DNA of 64,000 bases from a virus, in the IMG/VR virus record IMGVR_UViG_3300020455_000616. The stretch is one strand, 5' to 3'. The notes beneath the pieces were generated by a model. The model worked only from the letters and a program-made list of their open reading frames with translations. It ran no database searches and was not told the DNA's origin. This document shows, piece by piece, positions 56,943-64,000 of the stretch. A program made the translations under genes and the position numbers. The first letter of the stretch is position 1. Each line of letters starts with the position of its first letter.

Positions 56943-57073
56943 GATGCACAAGAACAGTCATCACAATCATAACATTCGCAGTCAGTAGGACACTTACAAC
57001 CACATCCAATACAAGGTTCTTGTATCTTTTGGTGTTGATGTGCTGCTAGGTTGTCTAAAAAATCGTTTATCAT
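56939..57073 (-). CDS. Metallothionein-like Cys-rich peptide (44 aa; not in ORF track)
   Basis: [44 protein letters not shown]; 9 Cys in the last 24 residues. Confidence 0.75.
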   Translation of the reverse strand: MINDFLDNLAAHQHQKIQEPCIGCGCKCPTDCECYDCDDCSCAS

Positions 57074-57075
57074 AA

Positions 57076-57104
57076 TTGTTATTTGTAAGTGTACGGATCA
57101 TGTT
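57076..57104 (-). repeat. 29-bp direct repeat, copy 2 (just upstream of the Cys-rich ORF)
   Basis: Identical to 56452-56480. Confidence 0.95.
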
Positions 57105-57159
57105 CCGTGGATTTCTTCTTCTGGAACCAGTCTCTAATCTTCCTCAGTAGTCTCTTCAT
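57079..57159 (-). CDS. 26-aa basic micro-protein (not in ORF track)
   Basis: MKRLLRKIRDWFQKKKSTEHDPYTYK. Confidence 0.6.
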   Translation of the reverse strand: MKRLLRKIRDWFQKKKSTEHDPYTYK

Positions 57160-57376
57160 TAGGAACCTCCTCTCTTCCTTCTGGTCCTATAAAACCGACA
57201 ATTTTAGTTCGACGGTCTCTATTTACGTAACCAATGTTAACAACGACATCCATAACCCTTAAAATATCCTTAACGGATGTTCCTTCTGGGCATCTTGTCA
57301 TGATAAAATCAAATTTATTAAAGAACTCATCAGCGGCATCTGTGAGTTCTTCCATTGATAGGTTATCAGTCTTCAT
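57134..57376 (-). CDS. Hypothetical protein
   Basis: ORF track; ATGA overlap. Confidence 0.7.
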   Translation of the reverse strand: MKTDNLSMEELTDAADEFFNKFDFIMTRCPEGTSVKDILRVMDVVVNIGYVNRDRRTKIVGFIGPEGREEVPNEETTEED

Positions 57377-57525
57377 TTATGTATACCTTCACTTAGATCT
57401 TCAAGATCAGGTTGTACTGTCTGATGCAGTTTTTTAACTGCTTCAATCACTTCAGGAGTTTCTTCCCACTCCCAAACAGACTCACGTCCCTTGTTATCAG
57501 TGGTTTTAAACTGCTTTTTAGTCAT
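57373..57525 (-). CDS. 50-aa hypothetical protein (not in ORF track)
   Basis: MTKKQFKTTDNKGRESVWEWEETPEVIEAVKKLHQTVQPDLEDLSEGIHK; GGAG upstream. Confidence 0.7.
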   Translation of the reverse strand: MTKKQFKTTDNKGRESVWEWEETPEVIEAVKKLHQTVQPDLEDLSEGIHK

Positions 57526-57552
57526 CTGGTCTCCTAGTATGTTAACAGTATA

Positions 57553-58299
57553 TCACAATGACAACTGTTGGGCAATACATTTTGCTACATTGTTGTAGGT
57601 TTTAACACCTCCATGTGAGAGATCCCTACCATGATCTATAATAGGACAATATGGAACATCCAAAATATTCTCAACACTTTTGAACAAAGTAAACTCAGCA
57701 GTCATACCCAAACGCCTAGCAATTAGTTGTTGTAACTGTAATACACTATGACCATGCCAATCATAGCGTCTCATTGATTTACCAAGTTCAGCAGGATCAT
57801 CTCTCCATGATCCACAATGAACAATACGATCCTTTAAGTATAAGGGAACTCTACTTGCATCTGGCCAACCAATAGCAATTGCTTTTGGTTTATAATATTC
57901 CAATAAACATGCTAAATTATGTACTGCGAACTGTCCAGATGAACCAGAGACACCCATGTTAACAACATAATGTCCTGTTATCTCACTCAACTGACTTGAT
58001 ATTGTATCCTTCTCAGAAACACCAACACCATATACTAAAGAACATCCAAAGACAACAATAGATTTCTTCCAGTTGATTTTATTTAATTCTTTGGTGCGAT
58101 ACCCAAGAGAATTGTTTTGATATGTTATAGTCTCAGTTCTATACTTCCAATCAGATGGAGTCCTTTGTAGATTTTGTTTGAACTTTGCTTCACCATCACT
58201 ATCATGATACCAGTGCTCTTTACTAGAACACAAACGATCCTCAGTCTTAAAGATCTTTACACTTCTACCCCCCGTTGGATTGTCAGTATATATTGTCAT
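57553..58299 (-). CDS. SGNH/GDSL hydrolase-fold protein
   Basis: VVFGCSLVYG, VNMGVSGSS, GRDLSHGG (DxxH). Confidence 0.7.
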   Translation of the reverse strand: MTIYTDNPTGGRSVKIFKTEDRLCSSKEHWYHDSDGEAKFKQNLQRTPSDWKYRTETITYQNNSLGYRTKELNKINWKKSIVVFGCSLVYGVGVSEKDTISSQLSEITGHYVVNMGVSGSSGQFAVHNLACLLEYYKPKAIAIGWPDASRVPLYLKDRIVHCGSWRDDPAELGKSMRRYDWHGHSVLQLQQLIARRLGMTAEFTLFKSVENILDVPYCPIIDHGRDLSHGGVKTYNNVAKCIAQQLSL

Positions 58300-59711
58300 G
58301 AAAACACCTCAACATTATTAATCTTTGCAAATCTCTTTGCATCATCTATATCATTAACCATAGGTTCACCCTTTACATTAAGACTAGTATTCAATAACAT
58401 TGGACAACCAGTTTTAGACTTCCATAATCTAAGTAAGTTATATAGTGGTTTGTTATCACGCATTGTTACAGTTTGTACTCTGCTAGTACCATCTACATGG
58501 GTAATACTACTGTATCTGTCAGGGAAGTTACACTTTGCTGTGAATTGCATGTATGGTGAGCGTTTTACAGGTAGATCAAAGTATATCTTAGCATACTCTT
58601 CTAATATCACTGGAGCAAATGGTCTGAATGATTCTCTACCCTTAATCTCATTTACTTTATCTTTAATTGTTATATCTCTAGGATCTGCTAGTAAACTTCT
58701 ATTACCCAATGCTCTAGGTCCAAACTCTGCTCTTCCTCTAGCAACACCACATATCTTATTTTCTAACAAATGATTAGCAATAAGTTCATTATCATACTTA
58801 GATGTTATATTAACTCCTGTATATGGAGTGTATGTGATATGCTTCTTCTTATGTGCTAACACTGCACCTATGGCAGATCCATTATCACCTGGTGCTGGCA
58901 TGATCCATACATTCTTAAAGAATGAATATGCTTTAGAATTAGCAGCACAGTTCAAAGCACAACCACCCATTAAAACTAAATTATCAAAATTAACTAATCT
59001 CTTTGCTTTTCTCAATATTAACTCAAATAATATCTCATAAACATCCTGTGTTGCTGCTGCAATATCATATATGTTCTCATCTGGTCGCCAATCTTTACAT
59101 CCCTTATGAAGATTCTTCTTAAACTTAAAATCATCACCAATAAAGTCATTGAACATTGCTTGCCTTAACTTATTAGGATCACCCAATGCAGACATTGCCA
59201 TAAGGATATACTCCTCCTCATTTGGTTTTAATCCACACCTTTGAGTCATAGCAGTGTACCAAAGTCCAATACTATTAGGATATCTCTTCTGATACTTTAA
59301 TGATAAATTATTTCCAACTGCTTGCCATATTGTTAGAGTCTGGAACTCTCCAATTGCATCAATAACAACTACACATGCATTTTTAAAATTACTGGTATAA
59401 TATCCACCACACGCATGAGTATAATGATGTCCATAAAACTTCACTGGTGCATCAACATACTCTTTAAAATTCTCATTTAAACCTTGACCAGCACGTAGTT
59501 GTCTTAACTGTTTTCTAAATGGTCTTTCATACCAACAAACCAAGTCTGGTTTACCATATTGTAGAGCATGATGTATAAGATTATCGGGTATTACTGGATC
59601 ATTCTTTATACGACTAAATCTCTCACTCTCAGAAGCAAACAACAACCTATCATCTGCAAACACTGCTAGTGCTGCATTATGACTCTCGGATGACATCCCC
59701 CATGTTATCAT
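58296..59711 (-). CDS. O-carbamoyltransferase, NodU/CmcH/TobZ family
   Basis: HNAALAV..ESERFSRIKND, HHYTHA, VIDAIGE, EFGPRALGNRS, RPFAP, HVDGTSRVQTV, LLNTSLN. Confidence 0.93.
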   Translation of the reverse strand: MITWGMSSESHNAALAVFADDRLLFASESERFSRIKNDPVIPDNLIHHALQYGKPDLVCWYERPFRKQLRQLRAGQGLNENFKEYVDAPVKFYGHHYTHACGGYYTSNFKNACVVVIDAIGEFQTLTIWQAVGNNLSLKYQKRYPNSIGLWYTAMTQRCGLKPNEEEYILMAMSALGDPNKLRQAMFNDFIGDDFKFKKNLHKGCKDWRPDENIYDIAAATQDVYEILFELILRKAKRLVNFDNLVLMGGCALNCAANSKAYSFFKNVWIMPAPGDNGSAIGAVLAHKKKHITYTPYTGVNITSKYDNELIANHLLENKICGVARGRAEFGPRALGNRSLLADPRDITIKDKVNEIKGRESFRPFAPVILEEYAKIYFDLPVKRSPYMQFTAKCNFPDRYSSITHVDGTSRVQTVTMRDNKPLYNLLRLWKSKTGCPMLLNTSLNVKGEPMVNDIDDAKRFAKINNVEVFS

Positions 59712-60534
59712 TGCGGTTCTCCCAATAACTAATTGGCATAGTTGGATCTGGTTTAGTGTATGGTTCTACTTCATTAGCAGGACACATAGAACAAAATGAT
59801 TCTTCCTTCTTATTTAAGAAGTTTTTTAATTCCTCATCAGTACATTCTACCTCTAATGGTTTATACTTCAAGTATTCATCCCACTTTGCTGACAGATTAT
59901 ACTTCTCTGCTTGCATAGGAAGATATGCTAGAGGTGGACACTTCCACAGTTTACCTTCATGTAATTGTAAAGCATCTTTTGATATACAATGCTTCCAACT
60001 CTTCTTAGGATTCTCATCCTCGAATGGCATCATTTTATCACCATATCCCTTATATTGTCTAATCCATTCTTTATTAGTAAAATCCCAAAACTCTACATGA
60101 ACACCCATACCATTTTTCCAGTCTTTAGCAATCTCATATCCACGTTTAAACTTCCTAACATAATTCATATGTTCTATACTATGAATTGATACTGCTAGAT
60201 TAGCCTGTGTTGCTAATAATATATGTGGTAACTTAGGATGCAAATGTAAACCAGTTGCATTGGTTATCAAATCAATCTCAGTATATGGATCTGGGAACAT
60301 ACCCCGAACCATGTATAATATATCAGATAAGTCCCTATGTAATGTTGGTTCACCACCAAGTATAGTAAAAACCTTTGGTCTTATTCTCTTACTCCAAGTA
60401 TATAACCACTCCTCACACTCCTCTAATGTTATGTTACCTTTATGCCCATGATTTGAATAGTGAGAACATCCCTCACATGTAAAATTACAAGCATGAGTAA
60501 CATGAAGTTCTAATTGTTTGACATCATATACCAT
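59677..60534 (-). CDS. Radical SAM protein with a C-terminal twitch-like Cys cluster
   Basis: CNFTCEGC (CX3CX2C), GGEPTLH, ITNA, C...LWKC...FCSMCP. Confidence 0.92.
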   Translation of the reverse strand: MVYDVKQLELHVTHACNFTCEGCSHYSNHGHKGNITLEECEEWLYTWSKRIRPKVFTILGGEPTLHRDLSDILYMVRGMFPDPYTEIDLITNATGLHLHPKLPHILLATQANLAVSIHSIEHMNYVRKFKRGYEIAKDWKNGMGVHVEFWDFTNKEWIRQYKGYGDKMMPFEDENPKKSWKHCISKDALQLHEGKLWKCPPLAYLPMQAEKYNLSAKWDEYLKYKPLEVECTDEELKNFLNKKEESFCSMCPANEVEPYTKPDPTMPISYWENRNDNMGDVIRES

Positions 60535-61072
60535 CTATATGTTTGTCCTTTGGGACATAATAGTTAAAGTTAATTATTATTCTACGATCCTCATCAGTAC
60601 ATGTACTACCAGTATGCTTCAAAAAGTGTGGGAACCTAACCAATCTATTTGCTTTACTCTCAACATACTTACCATCCTCAAAGATAGTCTTACCATCATT
60701 TGAATTAACATAGTATATTGATGTTATTGCTTCATCACCCAACTCAGAGAAGTCAGTATGAAATGCCCAATCAAATATTATTTGTTCTTCAGTTTTAATA
60801 AGACAATTTGCTTTAATCCTAGCAAGAGCAATGACTTCCTCCCTCTCAAGTATTGGTTTTAATAATTGAAATGCTGGACTAAGAATAGTATGATCAGTGT
60901 ATACTTGATGTACAAATTGGAAGTGACCATCATTTGGAATTGAGATACCACCCAACCAACTCCAACAACAAGAATTTTGAAGATCTCCTTTATCCATGTG
61001 ACCCATGAAGTAATCATAGATCATCTTATGATCCTGCTCTTCTAGATAATCATCAATTATCTCAATCATCAA
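60524..61072 (-). CDS. 2OG-Fe(II) oxygenase
   Basis: AFHTDF, TSIYYVNSNDGKT, ANRLVRFP..LKHTG..RIIINFNY. Confidence 0.85.
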   Translation of the reverse strand: MMIEIIDDYLEEQDHKMIYDYFMGHMDKGDLQNSCCWSWLGGISIPNDGHFQFVHQVYTDHTILSPAFQLLKPILEREEVIALARIKANCLIKTEEQIIFDWAFHTDFSELGDEAITSIYYVNSNDGKTIFEDGKYVESKANRLVRFPHFLKHTGSTCTDEDRRIIINFNYYVPKDKHIDGI

Positions 61073-61613
61073 TATATCCTGTCTCTTTTAACATATCAAT
61101 CGCTTCATTCCAACTTGTATCTAACAACTGCATACAAATCGCTCTCCTTCTTATTGGTTTTGGACCATCAGGTGTTGGAACCAATGCGTGTGGATGTGAT
61201 ACATTCAACAAGTATGCTTGCTTTGAATGTGCCATGAATCTAGTAGACTTCTTAAGATACTTATCATGGAAGATAGCACCATCAGTCTGGTTAGCAATCT
61301 GAACTGTCTCAATATCCTCTCTTGGGTGATAGAACTGTGTTATGATTCTATCATCAGTCATATAAAAGTTTATTATTGCTTCAATACCACTATCAGTATG
61401 TGCTGGTATCTTATGATTAACTTCCATCAAAGAGAATGTACATCTATCTCTATATTTTGCAGGAATAACCTTTAATAATGGATCTTCTTTTAATCTAACA
61501 TATGAATATTTTATTCCAGCAAATCCCATTGGAGTATCAATTCCATACTCAATCTTCTTACCAGTCTTGGTTAGTGAATCTATTTCAAATTCACGATTCA
61601 ATCTCTTGTACAT
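61062..61613 (-). CDS. Cupin/2OG-Fe(II) dioxygenase-like protein
   Basis: IPAHTDS, YLLNVSHPHAL, RRAICMQ. Confidence 0.7.
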   Translation of the reverse strand: MYKRLNREFEIDSLTKTGKKIEYGIDTPMGFAGIKYSYVRLKEDPLLKVIPAKYRDRCTFSLMEVNHKIPAHTDSGIEAIINFYMTDDRIITQFYHPREDIETVQIANQTDGAIFHDKYLKKSTRFMAHSKQAYLLNVSHPHALVPTPDGPKPIRRRAICMQLLDTSWNEAIDMLKETGYIDD

Positions 61614-61614
61614 G

Positions 61615-61842
61615 TTATTGTAGTTTAAGGTCGATTAAAATTTCTTCTATAGTGCCTGATACAACATCTTTAAAATGTTTGTCATCATGTATCTTAGTAT
61701 AACTTCCTGCCTCAGCGACAGTGTGCATGATATCTGGTCTACTCTTCAACCAATCAAGTTGATCACCTGATAACTGAGATATATCACCATCTTTAATCTT
61801 CGTAAGAAGATTTAAATATAAGATCTTCTCATAACTATCCAT
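61615..61842 (-). CDS. Small hypothetical protein within the modification operon
   Basis: 75 aa, tightly coupled to both neighbours. Confidence 0.7.
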   Translation of the reverse strand: MDSYEKILYLNLLTKIKDGDISQLSGDQLDWLKSRPDIMHTVAEAGSYTKIHDDKHFKDVVSGTIEEILIDLKLQ

Positions 61843-62482
61843 TGTTTACACTCCTGTAATATTCTAACTTATAGGGAGCAACGAAGTCAACCACCAGTAC
61901 ACACCTATAATAATCTTTAGCAACCATTGGTTCTGGATTAACTGGTTGATGATTAACATTTGACTGGTGTATTAAGAGAGAGTTCTCGTCACCTGGAATA
62001 ATTATCTCTCTATCATCATTCTCTATGAGAGTACCATAGATTCTAGAAGGATTCTTGAGATAGTATATCATTCCTAAATCAAAATGCTCATGTTTATGTG
62101 TGTTACCATAATTTATATACAGTTGCCTATCATATAGTTTCTGTGTAACACCCTTCATTCTCTTTGCCCAACAAGAAGCAACCTTAAGTTTTCTAATCTC
62201 TGGATCACCAATTTGATTAGCATAATTATAGAGATGCTTCTTAACTAACTTAAAGAATAATCTCCAAGTCTGCATGTGAACCAACTTCCTTCTAACCAAG
62301 TAATTAGTAACTTCAGTACATCTATCCCACTTGTCATCATGCTGCTTCAATTCATCATCAATCTCCCACAGCAAATTCTCCCGATCATAATCACTTAAAA
62401 GATTATATGCTCGGTACAACTCATTACCACAAAATGACCAATGAGTTGTTGTTCTATTATCTACCCAAGGATCATGTGTCAT
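61835..62482 (-). CDS. 2OG-Fe(II) oxygenase-like protein
   Basis: THKHEHFDLGMIYYL, NSLLIHQSNVNHQP, RCVLVVDF. Confidence 0.6.
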   Translation of the reverse strand: MTHDPWVDNRTTTHWSFCGNELYRAYNLLSDYDRENLLWEIDDELKQHDDKWDRCTEVTNYLVRRKLVHMQTWRLFFKLVKKHLYNYANQIGDPEIRKLKVASCWAKRMKGVTQKLYDRQLYINYGNTHKHEHFDLGMIYYLKNPSRIYGTLIENDDREIIIPGDENSLLIHQSNVNHQPVNPEPMVAKDYYRCVLVVDFVAPYKLEYYRSVNNG

Positions 62483-63281
62483 ATAGTTTCTTCCAATAAC
62501 CTACAGGAAGTAATGGATCTGCTGGTTTAAAATACTCTGCATGAGCAGGACACATAGAACAAAAAGATTCTGCCTTACGAAGGAAGAACTTTTTAATATC
62601 TCCATCAGGACTCAATGGTACATATTTTAAATATGGATTCCATTTATCCGATAGATTATACTTCTCTGCTTGCATAGGAAGATATGCTAAACCAGGACAC
62701 TTCCATAGTTTACCTTCCCATAACTGAACACACAACCGTGATACACACACATCCCAACTTGATACAGGATCATTATCTTCATAGGGTTCCATCTTATCAC
62801 CAAACCCTTTATATTGTCTTTGCCAATGTCTTATAGAAGGTCTAAGTTCAACTTGAACACCTCTATCTATCCACTCTCGTGCCAACTCATAAACTGGTTT
62901 AAATCTCTCCAAATATTTCTTATCTTCATTACTATGTACTGATATTGCAAGTACAGTCTTTGTCTTCCTTAAAGGTTCATACAAATTAGGATGCCTAGGT
63001 AATAAGAATCCATTAGTAACTACCTCAGTATATGAATTTGGCCACCTCTTCCTTGTCTCCCACACAAAATTCCCCAGATCAGGATGGATACAAGGTTCTC
63101 CACCCATCAGGGTAAATCTTTTAGGTATAATTTTATCCTTCCAGTTATCCATCCACTCAATTGCAGTCTCCAATGATACATTACCAGTATGACCTTGATT
63201 CATATAATGAGTGCATCCTTCACATGTTAGATTGCATGAATGGGATACATGTAACTGGAACTCATGCGGTACTTTAAGCAT
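62472..63281 (-). CDS. Radical SAM protein (paralogue of 59677)
   Basis: CNLTCEGC, GGEPCIH, VTNG, LWKCPGLAYLPMQAEKYNLS, FCSMCP. Confidence 0.92.
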   Translation of the reverse strand: MLKVPHEFQLHVSHSCNLTCEGCTHYMNQGHTGNVSLETAIEWMDNWKDKIIPKRFTLMGGEPCIHPDLGNFVWETRKRWPNSYTEVVTNGFLLPRHPNLYEPLRKTKTVLAISVHSNEDKKYLERFKPVYELAREWIDRGVQVELRPSIRHWQRQYKGFGDKMEPYEDNDPVSSWDVCVSRLCVQLWEGKLWKCPGLAYLPMQAEKYNLSDKWNPYLKYVPLSPDGDIKKFFLRKAESFCSMCPAHAEYFKPADPLLPVGYWKKLYDT

Positions 63282-63829
63282 TAGTTCATGTTCATTGAGA
63301 GTATTATACGGGGTTCATCACTCTTATTCACGGGAACATAATGTGGTAAGGAAGTTGGGAATACAATTAATGTTCCCTCCTCTACATCATCTGGTTCATA
63401 TTCTATAATATTACCATCTATATTACTCATAAATGGTGCTACAAAAAAAGTTGGTGAGTGTTTCTCTGAATTGAACTTCAAATACAATACAGAACTAAAT
63501 CCACCAAACCCATGATTATGTATATAATGAGAGTGTTTTTTATTATACTGTTGGAACCATGCAGAGTTTATTCTAAACTGCTTATCTCCATACCCAAACT
63601 CCTTCTTAATCTTAATAAGATCATCCATAAGGATTCCTTCAAGCAACAGATGATACTGACGATTACTATCATAATCAGTCAACTGATCACCCTCTACCAT
63701 ATTCTTTTTAAATCTATCAAATATTGCCCAGAGTTGTTTACTTTTTGCTTCCCAATCACTTATCTTACCCTTCCAAAATGGAATAGCAAACTTCTTTAGA
63801 TAAGGACCAGAGTAATTATCATCGTACAT
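63281..63829 (-). CDS. 2OG-Fe(II) oxygenase (TIGR02466-like)
   Basis: WFQQY..HSHYIHNHG..FSSVLYL, EGTLIVFPTSLPHYV..RIILSMN. Confidence 0.85.
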   Translation of the reverse strand: MYDDNYSGPYLKKFAIPFWKGKISDWEAKSKQLWAIFDRFKKNMVEGDQLTDYDSNRQYHLLLEGILMDDLIKIKKEFGYGDKQFRINSAWFQQYNKKHSHYIHNHGFGGFSSVLYLKFNSEKHSPTFFVAPFMSNIDGNIIEYEPDDVEEGTLIVFPTSLPHYVPVNKSDEPRIILSMNMN

Positions 63830-64000
63830 TATTCCATCTCCTCCAAATAATTTATCACACTCTTCCTTGCTCTCTTCAACTCCAACATATCTATCCCATC
63901 AGATTGTGCTTTGGAACGAAGTTTCTGAGTGATCTCTTCACTCAATATAAAATTAAGTACGAACTGAGATGCTTTAGACATTGTAAAAAGTATACTTCAA
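63829..64000 (-). CDS. Partial hypothetical protein (starts beyond the right edge)
   Basis: Open frame ...EVYFLQCLKHLSSYLIFILSEEITQKLRSKAQSGIDMLELKRARKSVINYLEEME*, coupled to the next ATG. Confidence 0.55.

Noticed and set aside
174-63799. All plus-strand ORFs and short nested minus-strand ORFs in the ORF track (e.g. 1795, 10036, 17846, 42885, 58174, 59756)
   Set aside because: They lie antisense to or inside well-supported genes, lack recognisable motifs, and reflect codon-bias shadows

Overview
The window is 64 kb of an AT-rich T4-like marine cyanomyophage genome, probably infecting Prochlorococcus or Synechococcus. This call rests on ho1, talC, DUF2973 and the cyanophage-type baseplate genes. 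Every credible gene is on the minus strand. Positions 1-30 kb are a late structural block, read right to left: gp25, gp6, a giant 5564-aa gp7, gp8, a DUF4815/VrlC protein and gp13. Positions 31-50 kb are an early, hypervariable region of tiny ORFs punctuated by terminator/-10 promoter cassettes. It also holds a possible replication origin, candidate structured RNAs (notably a ~355-nt multi-domain RNA at 40847-41201), a GT11 fucosyltransferase, 2OG-Fe(II) oxygenases and heme oxygenase. Positions 50-64 kb hold a dioxygenase/fucosyltransferase pair, a short tail-fibre module and talC. They also hold a 44-aa metallothionein-like ORF missed by the ORF track and an operon of an SGNH protein, a carbamoyltransferase, two radical SAM enzymes and four dioxygenase-like genes. 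No tRNA, rRNA, CRISPR array, intron or integrase was found. Family assignments come from recognising motifs by eye; no database search was run.
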